Shown here in pieces: positions 38,122-52,483 of a stretch of 64,000 nucleotides of DNA. The notes under the pieces are model-generated. The model saw only the letters and a list, made by a program, of their open reading frames with translations, was not told the DNA's origin and ran no database searches. The translations under genes and the position numbers were made by a program. This stretch comes from Octopus vulgaris (lineage: Eukaryota). The DNA lies in the NCBI GenBank assembly GCA_951406725.2, contig OX597816.1, positions 60,078,001 through 60,142,000 on the forward strand, in the 5' to 3' direction. Positions within the stretch are counted from its first letter, which is position 1; every line of letters begins with the position of its first letter.

Positions 38122-39100
38122 ATGGATCACAAATGAAATACCACATAACTCAAGATTTTACTGGGGTGGTAAAGTCATGTCCTTACAATGATATCAAGCT
38201 TAGTGAAGAAAACTAAGTAGACAAAAGATCACATTCTCCATTCCACTGCATACACACACATGTACAACATATACATACAGCACAATCAATACATTCATAC
38301 ATTAATAAAACAATTAAAAACGAATATTTATAAATACACGTCTATTTCTGTAGACAATATCTTAGAGATTCAAGCAAACAATCTGGTGTTGCATGTAAAA
38401 TAATTAAAAGCAGCTGAAGGACAAGAACACCAGATGAAAAAAAAAAAAAAATCTATTTATCTCAACATAAACTCATGTTTGTTTATATCACTACATGATA
38501 TCATCAATGAAAGATTAACAGTTTAATATCATATTCTCTTCCCTACCAACTAACTCACATAATGATAACACCAAGTCTTTGCACCTTCTACACACATCCT
38601 TTTTCACAAAGCATATTGATCTGGAACAAATCCCAAACAAATGTTATGTTATCCAACACACTTTTATATTTCATACGGAAATAGTTACACATCCTTTAAC
38701 TACTTCTAACCTTAAGTATTCATTTTGCTTTGAAAATACCTTCACAATTTGATAATCCTCTACAGATATAATCGGCTATTCTACATGGTTTCTAATTCTC
38801 TTGCTGATTAGAATATTTCAACAATTTTTTTTTTATCTGACAGCACCAGATTTTTCCCCCCATTTCCTCTATTTTCTTCGCTGCTTCTTCATCCTCCATT
38901 TTTTTTTTTTATATATTCAAGCCTGCTGTTTTACAGGGATTCTCTGACTAGTAATGCATGCAGATTCATACCAATTTCTCATCTAACAAATGCTCATAGA
39001 TTTTCTAGCGTTCATTGTATCCTCTATAATCAATATTTGTTGATACAGTTTCGTTTCTATTCAGTACAGTTTGAGATATGAGAATATTGAGATAAAAATA

Positions 39101-39140
<40 letters not shown>

Positions 39141-40219
39141 GAGAGAGACAGAAAGGAAGAGAAATCTAATTGTCTATTCCCCAAGCTGACTTCATCTTTA
39201 CAGACAAAAATCATTCATTTAACTAGCTGAATAGAATTACTAGTAACTAATTAATTCTTTTCTATAAAGCAAGACTTCTTTAAAGATTTACATCTTTGAG
39301 TAGCTAACATTGTCAGGACAAATATCTAATTTCATTGAACATCTATCTTCCTCATAACTCATTTTTCTTTTCTTTTTTTTTTTCTTTTTTTTCATAGGTA
39401 GAGGGAAAATATTTGTACAATATTATCAAAACAAAGAGAAATGTGAATAGTATGACTATTTGTTTCTATAGAGGAAAAAAAAAATTGTTAGTTTGCCAGT
39501 GTAATAAAGGGGTTCTTTATGATGGTACATATTATGTTTTGTAATGTAGATTGAAGAAGAAAGAGAAACTAAGAAGTTAGCCATATCTGATGATGATGGT
39601 GGTGGTGGCAGTGGTGGTGGTAGTGGTGTAGAGAGACAAAGAGAGACAGAGAGAGAGGGAGGGAGAGAGAGGGAGGGAGTGAGAGAGAGAGAGAGATTAT
39701 GATTGAGAAATTGAACTAGAAATAAATGACTAATATCATTCTTGATTACAATCTGAGTTAAACTCATCTGTTTGTCAAGTAGCCAAAACTAGAAGGAAGT
39801 TTCTACATAGACAAGTTAACTGCCTCCTTACCATAAAAAAAACTGAACCAGTATAAAAAAAAAATATATATATATAATAAAGTGGAGTCTTGCCATATGC
39901 AATTAGTTATAATTACATATAATTAATTTCCATGAAAATATTAACCTCTACTCCACCAAAAGGAAAAAGAAAAGAAAAGAAAAATCAGAAACAAAACTAA
40001 AAATACACGAATGTCTTTATGGATTGTTATTTGTTTATGATAAAAATGAATGGATATGAATGCTACTAATATCACAGTTTTTTAGGGATCAGGAAAGAGG
40101 GGGCAATAGCTATGAAATATAAGTCTTATAGGTTTCAGGTTCAATCCCTATACTAGGAAGTTAAATCATCATCATTCTTATTTAACATCCATTTTCCATG
40201 CTAGAATGGGCTGGATGGC

Positions 40220-43060
40220 AATGTATTACAATATTTTGAGATTTATCATTGATTTCTTTTTAAACATACTTGCTTGGGTCAGATGGAATTTATTAAAGTG
40301 GACTTTTTATAGAGAAAGGTCAACAAATAGGTGCCAAAACATCAGAGAGAGAATAAACCCTAGCATCATGAATAAAAAAATTATTTCAGATGGAACTAAA
40401 GCAACTTTATAAAGAACAACTACAATGGATATAATGAAATATAGAATATCAAAATACAAGCTAACTACAAAAACAACAACTGAAGAGTTACTAATAACAA
40501 GAATAATATAAAGAATTCTCATTCCAATTATAGTGATTCAGACAAAATTCAAAAATAGAGGAACATGAGATGAATTCCAATTGAGAAAACTCAAAAATAA
40601 TCCATCACAAAAATTATCAACATCTTTACAAGTAGATACACATACATCTATTCCATTTTATCATAAGGAATTGGTTCCAAAAGAATTTAAAATCACTGTG
40701 ATAAATGAATCAGTGCAGTGATAAACGAATCATCTCCATGGACTTTGTTAGTAGAACAAATGGTAGGTTCATTGACACCAAATTCATGGTCTACAGCAAT
40801 GAAACTTACACCATCACATATTTTCTTGATCATTTCTAGCCTTTCCTATAGAGAATATACTTGTCATTTGTTAGAATCAAGCACCTTCATATTCTTTTCT
40901 CTCCATTGGTCCCATGTTCATGGGTGCTAGTAAATAAATCTGGCAGCATGGTCATGTAAACACAAGTGATGATCAGTACATTCCGAGTAACTCAGCTTTA
41001 TGGTTGATTGGGCGAGTTTTTGTGGAACAAGCAGAATCTTTGACTGATTAATGGCCCATGTTATCAAAGATTAATCTGTGATAAGCATAATATGGTCCAC
41101 ATTTAAGTGTACCATGTCATCACGGATCAGTGATGAATTAATGATAAACAAAGATGCATGTACTTAATAAAAGATTAAAATTTACACTGACTCTTTGAAA
41201 AATCATTCATAACAGAAATCAAGGGTGGTACTTTAAAATTCTGCAGAAAACATAGACTAGCAAAACAGTTTTTTTTTTTTTTTTTTTGAGGAAGAAAACA
41301 AAAATGAAACCTTAATTAAAAAAACCAAAAAAATTAATAACACTCTGAAAAGAAATGCAAATATAGCTGTTGATGAATTGTATGAATATATCTCAAACTT
41401 TCCAGTAGAAAAACTTAAAACAAAGTAAACAGAATCTAACTTTAGCAGACAACAATGGAACCATCTGACCAATTTAAAATTAGACAAAAACATAATTATA
41501 AAAGAAGCCAACAAAGGAGACTCTGTTGTTATGGATACTAAATACTACACAAATATTGTACTGAATATACTACAAGACAATATATACTATAGAAATAAAA
41601 AAAATTACAAAGCTGTTAAAATTGTAAAATAACTGATCATTTTACTACAGTCATATAGAAATTGTTTAATAGATGAAGGACTGAATTACCTCACAAATTT
41701 CAAATATAAAACGAGTAACATCTATGGGCTACCAAGAATACATAAAAACAAAACTAATCAATGAAGCACATGAAAGGGCAAAGACTACTATGTGAATATA
41801 TCCTCACTGACTGATTTAAAACTGAGACTGATTGTAGCAAGCTTGACTAGCAAGATACATCACTTAAGTGATTTTCTAGACATTTTGTTTAAATCTTTCT
41901 TCAAACACATAAAGTGCTTTGTATGAGATGATATTGAAATGCTCAGCCATACACCCAATGCAGTAAACAAAAAATACCTTCATTATTACATTTGATGTTG
42001 TGAAGTAATATAATGGTTTCAGATTTTGCCACAAGGGCAGTGTTGTGAAGTAATATAATAACATTCTACAGAGTTAGAGAATCAAGACTATAAAATATTG
42101 GCTGGAGACTTATGAAATACTGAAATAATCTGATAGAAAATTTTTAGTAAATGGTCTGTTCATTTTAGGAAATAATTACTTCACATTTGATGAAATTGCT
42201 TACCAGTAAAAATCAGTGGTAGCTATGGGAACCAAGGTTGTGTCAACCTAGTTATGGGATACCATAAATTGAAGATTTTTTTAATCATCCCTGAGATAAA
42301 TTCAGCTATTATTTGAATGAAAACTGAAAAAGATTCCTGGATAACGGCTTTATTCTAGGGGTGGAAAAACATCACTTTATTGAACAAATTTCAAAATTGC
42401 ATCAATAATATAATGCCTGACATCCAATTCACTATGAATTTCAGTAATGATAAACTCCCTTTTTTAGATATATTAATAACAAAGAGAAACATCATACAAG
42501 AAGCTGATATACATTTTAAATCCATCAACTCTCAATTTATCTTCTATTTATATTGAGTCATCTGAAACATTCCATGGACTTGAAGAAATGAGAAATATAC
42601 TTATCAAAAGAAAATCCCATCTAAATTTAATAATTTTTAGGATTGAAAAAGCAAAGCAAGGTAATGCCTTGAAATATCAAGAAATAAAAATGAAAATGAG
42701 AAAATGTTATACCATATACTTTAACTTTTAATCCAAAGAACATCAAATTCTTTACTAAAGATCTAAATCATACAGATAATTTAAGATGCATTAAAAAGTG
42801 CAAAAGTTACCATGAACACTGCACTGAATAAACAGGTACGATATTCATAAAAAAAGATGACAGCTCATTACCAACAGATCAGGGAATCATATACAAGGAA
42901 AATTTCCTTGAATCAACATAGAGAAAATTGTTGGTGATACAGTAAACTACTCCATCTTCTCATTCTACTGGCGCAGTAGTGACTCAACAATGGAACAGTG
43001 ACAGGCCAAGAAAGAAATACATTTTATAAACAGATACTAATCAAAAGTTAAATGCATTAT
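40220..43060 (+). mobile_element. Decayed Penelope-like retroelement (RT and probable GIY-YIG end)
   Basis: Frame-broken peptides NIIIKEANKGDSVVMDTKYY (~41490), FKYKTSNIYGLPRIHK (~41700), NNYFTFDEIAYQ*KSVVAMGTK (~42171), EN*KRFLDNGF (~42320), DIQFTMNFSNDKLPFLDI (~42420), KKEIHFINRY (~43010). Boundaries approximate. Confidence 0.8.
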
Positions 43061-44319
43061 GCTTTGAATAATATATGCCCTGATTATGATTTCAAAAATT
43101 GTGAAGAAATTACTTTTTTTTTAAGCATAGAACCACTGGTTACATCTTGTATCATTAAAAAAACATAACATTAACCACACAATTAACAGCTCTATCCCTT
43201 GTCCTTAAAACAACATAAGTAACGTATATTTTCAAATCTAACAAGACCACGTATGAAATAAACATGAGGACAGAAAGATGGCTTAGAAGAATCTTGGGAA
43301 AACACTACACATTTAGATAAGTGCCAATATTATTCTTTGATAAGCCCAAAACAACGAAAACCAGTTAGTGAATTCCTATTTTTATGGAAGCAATCTTGTA
43401 CTTTAAATTTGTGTATATGATAAAAAAAAATTCCATTATCTTTTGTGTGAAAAAAGAAACTGTAATTTATCCTGTAAAATTTGATCTACCTGAATTATAA
43501 GAATCAGAATAACCCCACCTGGCACCTTTTCAAATTTTTGTTATTTTTTCCTCCTCTCTCTCTGTATGTGTGTGTGCTTATATATAAATATATATATATA
43601 TATATGAACACCCACACACACACATTGCTTAATGTTGAACAGATGAGAAAGGAGTGCTCCATATATGTTGCAGAGAATGTTTTTTTTTTTATTAAAACTG
43701 AATCTTTAATAAAGTTAGTTTTGTGACTCAAATATCATACCACTGTGATCTTCAGGTGAAACTCTGAAATGCTTGAAGATTGCAGAGAAACTCAAGTTAT
43801 GAAATAAACTCTCAGCTTTAGTTTTAATAAGAAGTTACAAATATACACATTCTACAGAGCTAGGAACCCCTTTTGTACAATATGTATTGTATTATCCATA
43901 TTGGCCTTTGTGAGCAATAAAATGGAAGCTGGCAGAATTGTTAGCACACTGGACGAAATGCTTAGCTGAATTTTACCCGTTGCTGCATTCTGAGTTCAAA
44001 TTCCACCAAGGTCAACTTTACCTTTTATCCTTTTGGAATTGATAAAACAAGTACCAGTTGAATACTGGGGTCAATGTAATCGACTCATCTTCTCCTCCAA
44101 AATACATGCCCTTGTGGCAAAATCTGAAACCACTATTATTATTATTATTATTATTATTATGGTAGTGGAAGTCAGGGAGCTGGCAGAATCATTGCAGTGC
44201 AGGGCGAAATGCTTAGTGTTTCATCTGTCTCATATGTTCCAAGTTCAAATTCAGCCAAAGTAAACTTTGCCATTCATCCTTTCAGGGTCAACAAAATAAG
44301 CACTAGTTGAACACTGGGT

Positions 44320-44482
44320 CACTAGCGTAGTTAGAGTATGTGCCACCCAGGGTGGCCCTTCTGTTCTCCACCCCCAGACCCCACTAAAATCCATATATTG
44401 CTTACAGCAGACCCAAAAGTACTGCCCCTTTAAAAGTACTACCTGGGGTGGACCACCCTTACTCCCCACCGCTACATTAGTG
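44320..44482. mobile_element. Small TIR element nested in a family D SINE
   Basis: CACTAGCGTAG...CTACATTAGTG flanked by actggg(g)t on both sides (hAT-like TSD); related copy near 54592-54730. Confidence 0.55.
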
Positions 44483-44729
44483 ACTGGGGTTGATGTAATT
44501 GACTTGCATCCTCCCCCAAAACTGCTGGCCTTGAGCCAAAATTTGAAACCATTAATTTGGTGGTGGATTTTAGTGGTATTTAGTTTCAGCTGTTTACATT
44601 CTGAGTTCAAATCCCACAAAGGTCAATTTTATTTTTCATTTTTTTGGGGTTGATAATATAAATTTCAAGTCAACCACTAAAATTAATACAATTTACTGCT
44701 ACCTGAATTTCAGGCCTTGTATCTTTGTT

Positions 44730-45087
44730 AGTACATCAACATCAAAAAATCAAATGGAAATTGTAGTTGTGATACCTGTGCTGGTGGCACGTAAAAAGCA
44801 CCATCTGAACATGGCCGATGCCTGTGCCGCCTTGACTGGCTTTTATGCCAATGGCACATAAAAAGCACCAACCGATTGTGGCCGTTGCCAGCCTCATCCG
44901 GCACATAAATAGCACCCACTACACTCACAGAGTGGTTGGCGTTAGGAAGGGCATCCAGCTGTAAAAACACTGCCAGATCAGCCTGGTGCAGCGTCCTGGA
45001 TTCCCAGACCCCAGTCAAACCGTCCAACCCATGCAAGCATGGAAAACGGACATTAAACGATGATAATGATGATGATGATGATGATGA
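44730..45087 (+). mobile_element. RTE-family 3' end abutting the splice donor
   Basis: cacccactacactc..gttaggaagggcatccagctgt..catgcaagcatggaaaacggac..(gat)n; ends about 30 nt from 45117. Confidence 0.8.
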
Positions 45088-45117
45088 GAAGCAAAGCAAT
45101 TTATCCAGATTTCTTAC

Positions 45118-45283
45118 CTTTGCATATAAAACTTGGATCTCCCGCATGAGTTTCTTTTAGAGCCGGACGAAAAAAGGGACAAGTTTCCTCAACTTTGGAA
45201 CAGAAGGCGTTGCATGGCTTCACAAAAACCCCATCAACATAGAAAGGTATAGACACAGCACATAACCATTCTCGGTATGCCTT
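45118..45283 (-). CDS. FAM155: Internal coding exon of a FAM155/NALF-family (NLF-1/Mid1-like) NALCN channel auxiliary subunit, cysteine-rich domain
   Basis: Minus strand: acceptor tgtattgtctctatttcag, then 166 nt encoding KAYREWLCAVSIPFYVDGVFVKPCNAFCSKVEETCPFFRPALKETHAGDPSFICK+G, then donor G|gtaaga. The pattern Y..WLC...PC...C..V...CPF......G..SFIC is what I recall for the FAM155A/B and Mid1-like frizzled-type CRD. Phase 0 start, phase 1 end. Confidence 0.9.
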
Positions 45284-46512
45284 CTGAAATAGAGACAATA
45301 CAGAATTTTTTTAATAAACTTAGTAACTAATGAAAGCATAATGAACATGAAGAAACTCTAATGAAGTGCTTTAATATTTGTCCTCTAATGGGCACTATAA
45401 AATTATACAACAGATTCACATTTTTACAGATAGATTAATTATTTAGGGAGATTTGGGTGCTGTTTCTAGAAGGTTGAATTACCACATAAAGGTCACATAT
45501 GAAGAGAACTGGTGCAGTGTATGTATGTGTGGGTTTGATCAAGGGTATTCTACAACAAAAATAGCAACAATGTGGTCACATGAAATGCTAGAAATAGCAG
45601 TAAGACTCCTATTAAATCATTCTTTAGTGTCTTGAAAAAATAAATAAATAGACCTATAAAATCATGCAGTCATAGATAATACTGTGCCTGAAAAGATGAG
45701 AGGGTCATGGATGGGACTTAATTGGTTATAATTAGGTTCATTTAATCAGGGCTGGCCTTGGCTACACAACAATACTACCAAATGAATAATCTAGTGCAGA
45801 GACTGTCTGTGGTTGCTCAATCTGCTTGAAATTGCAGCAAAGTCTTCAACTCATATCATACGATATTAAGGAAGGAGGGGAGTTATTGGATGCCGCTGCC
45901 TTAGATAAGCTATACTCAGAAGTAAAGCAGTATGGTCGTGGCTGAAAGACATTTGATTGTAGCTCTAATGGGTCAGAGCTGTATAGGGGCTAAGCTACAA
46001 GTAAGTTGCTGGGAATTTCAAACAATGATGTCTTTCTGGTTGGTATGAGAGACACTTCTGTTTTGGTGAGAGAATATTAAGGAATATGAACCATGAGAAC
46101 CAACAAACATATTTCTTTGATTTGCTGTCATAAATGTATGTTTGTGTATGTATGCATATTTGTGTATGTGTGTGAACATAGTGCATGTATATAGTATGTA
46201 TGTAGTGTGTGTGTGTGTGTGTGTGTGTGTATTCTAAATGTATATCACATCTTTCTAGCACACACACACAAATACTGGCAGACATATATAGACCACACAC
46301 TGTTCAGTTTATAAGAAAAAATAAATGGGATATAAAAGCTTTATATATTTTTCTCTTTTTTTATATTACTGGTTTCAGTCATTGAACTGCAGCCATGCTG
46401 CAGCAACACTTTCAAGGATTTTAACCATTTCTATCATCCCAGTACTTATTCCTGTTGCATATTTATTTTATTGAACTATATTCCATTGAATGGTTATCAT
46501 TTTGTCATAACC

Positions 46513-46730
46513 TCTCTTTCTCTCTTTTCTCTTTTACTTGTTTCAGTCATTTGACTGCGGCCATGCTGGAGCACCACCTTTAATCGAGCAACTCGACCCC
46601 GGGTCTTATTCTTTTGTAAGCCCAGTACTTATTCTATCGGTCTCTTTTGCCGAACCGCTAAGTAACGGGGACATAAACACACCAGCACCGGTTGTCAAGC
46701 AATGCTAGGGGGACAAACACAGACACACAA

Positions 46731-46761
<31 letters not shown>

Positions 46762-46932
46762 CATATATACGACAGGCTTCTTTCAGTTTCCATCTACCAA
46801 ATCCACTCACAAGGCATTGGTCGGCCCGGGGCTATAGCAGAAGACACTTGCCCAAGATGCCATGCAGTGGGACTGAACCCGGAACCATGTGGTTGGTTAG
46901 CAAGCTACTTACCACACAGCCACTCCTGCACC
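46513..46932 (-). mobile_element. SINE family A, full length
   Basis: Reverse complement, high similarity to 1401-1848. Confidence 0.85.
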
Positions 46933-47334
46933 TCACAATTTTTTATTGACCAATGCCATGTCAAATGCATAAACACACACAAAAATCACACACAGAATCA
47001 AAAACTAAATTGTACATTTACTAAAAAACATCTTACATTAAATGCTATGCCTGAAAAGATGACAGGGTCCTGAGATGAGTCACAGAAGGCTCGGGGCTAA
47101 ACAACACCTCCTCCCACCATCAAACAAAGAAGCTGATAGAGATATTATATGGTTGTAACCAAATCTTCCTCAAATTATACTTTATTATCTTAAAGAAGGA
47201 GAGATACATTGGATGATGTCACTCTAGATACACACTATGCCTGAACAAAAGATGAGGTGGTCATTACTGGAAAACATTTGGTAGTATTTCGTTTTGGGAT
47301 TTGGTTTGCAGTATATATATATATGTGTGTGTGT

Positions 47335-47520
47335 GTGGCATGTAAAAAACACCCACTACACTCACAGAGTGGTTGGCGTTAGGAAGGGCATCCAGCTGTA
47401 GAAACACTGCCAAATCAGACTGGAGCCTGGTGCAGCCTCCATCGCTTACCAGACCCCGGTCGAACCATCCAACCCATGCTAGCATGGAAAACGGACGTTA
47501 AACGATGATGATGATGATGA

Positions 47521-47523
<3 letters not shown>
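47335..47523 (+). mobile_element. RTE-family 3' end
   Basis: Same 3' UTR consensus and (gat)n tail. Confidence 0.8.
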
Positions 47524-47567
<44 letters not shown>

Positions 47568-49108
47568 GCACATATAGGTTTTAGATGATTTTTCACTTTA
47601 AATAAATCATCTTTAGAGATGTAATATGGTGTAATATTTATCATCATACTTGCTCTTCTTTCAGTCTCTTTCTCTCTTTCTCTATCATTTTGGTTTTCAC
47701 TTTCTCTCTTCTATTTAGCCTCTCAGTCATGCCTTCAATGTATAAAGACAACGTAGAAATAAACCACTTCACTCAGTCTTACACAGGGCAAGGTAATTTC
47801 TTTAGCGTTAGTATTAATGAGAAATGTATCTGATACACTCTATGAAATATATAATAAATGAAAGAGATAACATAAGGTAAACAAACTCTAGTCTTGTTGA
47901 TGATATGTCAAGTTCAGTAGTGCTGATAGCATATTAAAATGCACTCAGTGTCCCACATAAACTTGTTGGATTTATGGATGGCATCCTACCACAGAAACCA
48001 TGTATAAAATGAATGCATGTGTGAGATGTTATTCTCTTACCTGTCCAACCCTTGACCTCATATCACAGTGATAAGGTTAAATGAATGTTAGAGCTATGCC
48101 ATCAAGGATTTCAAGTGCCTGGAAGAGCTATCCAAGGTGGACAGATCTGACACTGGCAGTGCTAGGGCTGCAACCTGGCTAACTGGAGGACAATGGGGAA
48201 TTCCAGGCAGCATCTGATGCAGAATCCAGCGGCTTCCTGGTGGTATTGAATCTCATCTACAGGCATCCTGCAGCAAGAAGCATAACACAAGGACAACCTG
48301 CCATCGGTCATGTATGGAGGTTTATGAATACAGACGGGAACTGCTTCCACGGATGTTGATTGACCTGTAAAACTCCCATGAACTCATAATAGGCTTAACC
48401 CCCTCTGGATGAATGCCATTACAAGTCAAGAAGAAGACTAGAATGGTAATTAACTCTAAATATGAACTGACTCAGATTGTGAAGACCTGTTCAACTTAAG
48501 CTGGCATGGGAAGGAGTTGATGACATAGCAGATTTGAAACTGATTCACCAAATTGCTGAGTTAAAGTCATGGCTTAGCCATAACCAGTTCATGTGATTGG
48601 TTGATTAACTGACCAATCAGTATTGAGCCATCATGTGATGCTACCTTCTAGAATCTTTTAGAATGTCTCCTAATGAGGCTTATAAATAGATGAGATTTTG
48701 TTCTAAATTTCAGAATATTGGAAATCACAGCCATGGAAACCATATTCTCATTTTTGAATACTCAACAGTTGTTTTAACACTTATTTTTCAACCAAGCTGA
48801 CAGCAGTTATGGCTTTGCAGTCATGAATTTAGTATATTTATCCAGCTGTGACAGCGTACTCACAGAGCCTTACTAACCAACAGTTTTGTCATAACTACAG
48901 GATTGTCTTTACCAATTATTAATTGAAGACCAGCATGGAAAATTTATTGTGCAGTGAATAAAGATTCTGTTAATTGTTCACAAGAGTTGTGCATCATTTA
49001 TAAGCAGCCAGAGAACACCTCAACCACCAGAAACTCCATATATCATCCTTTGTGACTATGGTATGGATTTCATAATTTTATGCATGAGTACACACATGCA
49101 CGCACACA

Positions 49109-49160
<52 letters not shown>

Positions 49161-49883
49161 TTTAGGGTAAATACTTGTATGCTGAGGTTGCAGTTGTACT
49201 CCATTTCCTAAATAAGAGTTGCTGTCTCAACAAGCAGTGAACCCAACTTTGCTGGTATTGTAGCTCTTTCCTTCATGAGACCAGAGCTGCCTGGACCCAT
49301 TCACCAATGTAGGATACAAAACTCCCACACAACCAGCATGAACTTTGTTGAGTCAGATTTTGTGACTCTGGGCCAGATGTTTCTATCATCCTCATAGTTC
49401 ATTCTTGCATCACACATCCTCTCTCAAGCATATATGTCTATATGCACACGGACACACAGACACACTCACACAGGTATATAAAGAAAGATATTAATTAAGC
49501 ATATTCATATAACTATGAGTGTGTATATGTATATATTTCTATGGTGTGTTTTTTAGAAAGCAGTAACCTTATCATATCTGACACAAAATACCCGAACTTT
49601 AGTTATTTCTAAATGTTTTGAAATTATCCAGAAACAAAACATAGAAACAATGTTGACCAAAGTGAAAGGTCATGAGTTGAAACTTTCTTAATTTGCACAG
49701 TGTAACTAAGAAACCAGTTAAAAACAAAACATATATACATATAAGCCAATGAAAATGCTCCAAGTGGTCACTCATTCTGCTAGAAATAATAATCAAATTT
49801 TTCTCAAATTGGCTTTTACTGTCCTTGCAAATGAATAAATGAATAAATAAATAAATGAATACAAGAAAGAATGCTGGATAATA

Positions 49884-49928
49884 TATTGGGTTGTCCGGAA
49901 AGTTTGTGCCGATTTATAGTAGCTTACC
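49884..49928 (+). mobile_element. Tc1/mariner-type TIR fragment
   Basis: TA|TTGGGTTGTCCGGAAAGTTTGTGCCGATTT resembles mariner termini. Confidence 0.45.
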
Positions 49929-50429
49929 TGGACCATCAGATGTGATATGATTGGGATGGTGTGAATTCAGAGAAAAAAGAATTGTAACTTGATAACTGAG
50001 ATTGCTCTTGGTAGATTTAAACCAAGGAAGACATGGAAAGGGCAGGGCGAAGTTAGATATGAAAATGCTGGAACTCACAGAAAGGAAGATATATACATGA
50101 TTGAGACACATGAAGAGTTGCTGATTTCCTCAACAAATGAATGTTTGGAAAAATAGTTACTAAAAAGAAAAGGGTGAAAAAGATGGAATGAGATCAAGCA
50201 GAATCTTTAGTATGGAGTCTGTCTAGGATACAGAAACATTGAATATGAAGTAGGAAAGGAGACAGGTGTCTTAAGTGGGTTTAGTTGGGAGAGGAGCCAA
50301 CTCCCCTGCTGTTTTTGTAAACATTGCTTGTTTTTGTAGCTAGAAGTTTTGGTCTGGAGATGGAAATCCATCTCTATTAACTAAAATATAAATAGAATGG
50401 TTATATGTGTGTGTGTGTGTGTGTGTGTG

Positions 50430-50901
50430 TCACTAAAGTGAACAAGGACACTAATCAGCACCAATATTGCTAGAAATAAGAGTCAAATCAACTCAATAGC
50501 AAACAAAAGCACTATTTTAATGAGCTGACAAGGTCCCTATGGTTGCAGATACAGTTAGATCAACAATGATCTTGTGTTCTGATGCTTAATGCATCTTAAC
50601 ACTCATCAATGGCTCGCACCGTGCCTAGGGTTAAACTCATCTCACCTTGTCAGCTTTCTGTTGAGATCATACACTGATTTCAAAAATGGCAAAAGTGAAA
50701 ATTATAAATGATATGGGTGGCTAATTCGCAATTTTACAACCTAAAAGCAAAAATATATACATCAATTAAAATAGAGCTTTTGTTGGCTATTGAGTTGTTT
50801 TGACTATTATTTCTAGCAATACTGGTGCTGGTTAGTGTCCTTGTTCACTTTAGTGATGTATATATTTTCGCCTTTAAGTTGTAAAATTGCGAATTAGCCA
50901 C
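50430..50901. repeat. Interlocking inverted repeats
   Basis: 50430-50521 vs 50765-50856, and 50717-50764 vs 50854-50901. Confidence 0.8.
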
Positions 50902-50932
50902 TCATATATATATGCGTATGTATATCTGTCTG

Positions 50933-50977
<45 letters not shown>

Positions 50978-50991
50978 TTATCTATCTATTC

Positions 50992-51023
<32 letters not shown>

Positions 51024-51031
51024 ATGTATAT

Positions 51032-51432
51032 AGGTGCAGAAGTGATAAGAAGCTTGCTTCCCCACCACACAGTTCCAGGTTCAGTCAAACTGCATAGCAC
51101 CTTCGGCAAGTGTCTTCTATTATAGCTTTGGGCTGACCAAAGCCTTGTGAGTGGATTTGGTAGATGGAAACTGAAAGAGGTGCATCATGTGTGTGTGTGT
51201 GTGTGTGTGTGCGTGCGTGTGTGTGTATGTGTATGTTTGCGCATTTGTGTTTGGTCCCCACCATTGCTTGACAACTGCTGTTGGTGTGTTTATGTTCCCG
51301 TAACATAGCGGTTCGGCAAAAGAGATCGCTAGAATAAGTACTAGGCTTACAAAGAATAAGTCTAGGGGTTGATTTGTTTGACTAAAGGTGATGCTCCAGC
51401 ATGGCTGCAGTCAAATGACTGAAACAAATAAA

Positions 51433-51434
<2 letters not shown>
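51032..51434 (+). mobile_element. SINE family A
   Basis: Family consensus. Confidence 0.8.
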
Positions 51435-51497
<63 letters not shown>

Positions 51498-51587
51498 ACA
51501 AATACATCTGAGATACAGATAGAGAAGAAAAGGAGAGAAAGAAATAGCAAGAGAAAGACACAGATAGATAGATAGATAGATAGATAG

Positions 51588-51793
51588 ATACATACATACA
51601 TACATACATACATACATACATACATACATACATACATACATACATACATACATACATACATACATACATACATACATACATACATACATACATACATACA
51701 TACATACATACATACATACATACATACATACATACATACATACATACATACATACATACATACATACATACATACATACATACATACATACAT
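51588..51793. repeat. Pure (CATA)n microsatellite, about 50 units
   Basis: Direct inspection; representative of dozens of (TA)n, (CA)n, (GA)n, (TAA)n and (GAT)n tracts. Confidence 0.95.
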
Positions 51794-51868
51794 GGATGGA
51801 TGGATGGATGGTCAGAAAGCAGTGGGGAGAACATAGCAAAATGGTACGTGCTTAATTGTAAAATGTAT

Positions 51869-52250
51869 TCTTTTCTTTTATTCTTTTACTTGTTTCAGTC
51901 ATTTGACTGCAGCCATGCTGGAACACCACCTTTAGTCGAATCAAATTGACCCCAGAACTTATTCTGTGTAAGCCTAGTACTTATTCTATCGGTCTCTCTT
52001 GTCAAACTGCTAAGTTACAGGGACATAAACACACCAGCATCGGTTGTCAAGCGATGTTGGGGGTGACAAAAACAGATACACAATATATACACACACATAC
52101 ATATATATACATATATACGACGGGCTTCTTTCAGTTTCCGTCTACCAAATCCACTCACAAGGCTTTGGTTGGCCCGAGGCTATAGTAGAAGACACTTGCC
52201 CAAGGTGCCACGCAGTGGGACTGAACCCGGAACCATCTGGTTGGTAAGCA
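51869..52250 (-). mobile_element. SINE family A
   Basis: Family consensus, reverse. Confidence 0.85.
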
Positions 52251-52483
52251 ATCTTGGGCCCCACCTGCAAGGTCATGCACTGCTAATCTTGGTATGAGAT
52301 CACCATGTTGTGCACATATGGTTGTGATGCATATGCCTGGTGTATCCTTATCAGATGGGTAGTCATGATGGGTATACTGGGCTTCATATATTTTACCCCA
52401 GTGTCACTTTTTTTTTTTTTTTGATAGCATGCACTGCTCTCTCACTCAATAATAATAATAATAATAATAACAATAATAATTAT

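Noticed and set aside
48478-49030. Possible solo LTR (TATAAATA and AATAAA present)
   Set aside because: Could not define TG..CA ends or a TSD
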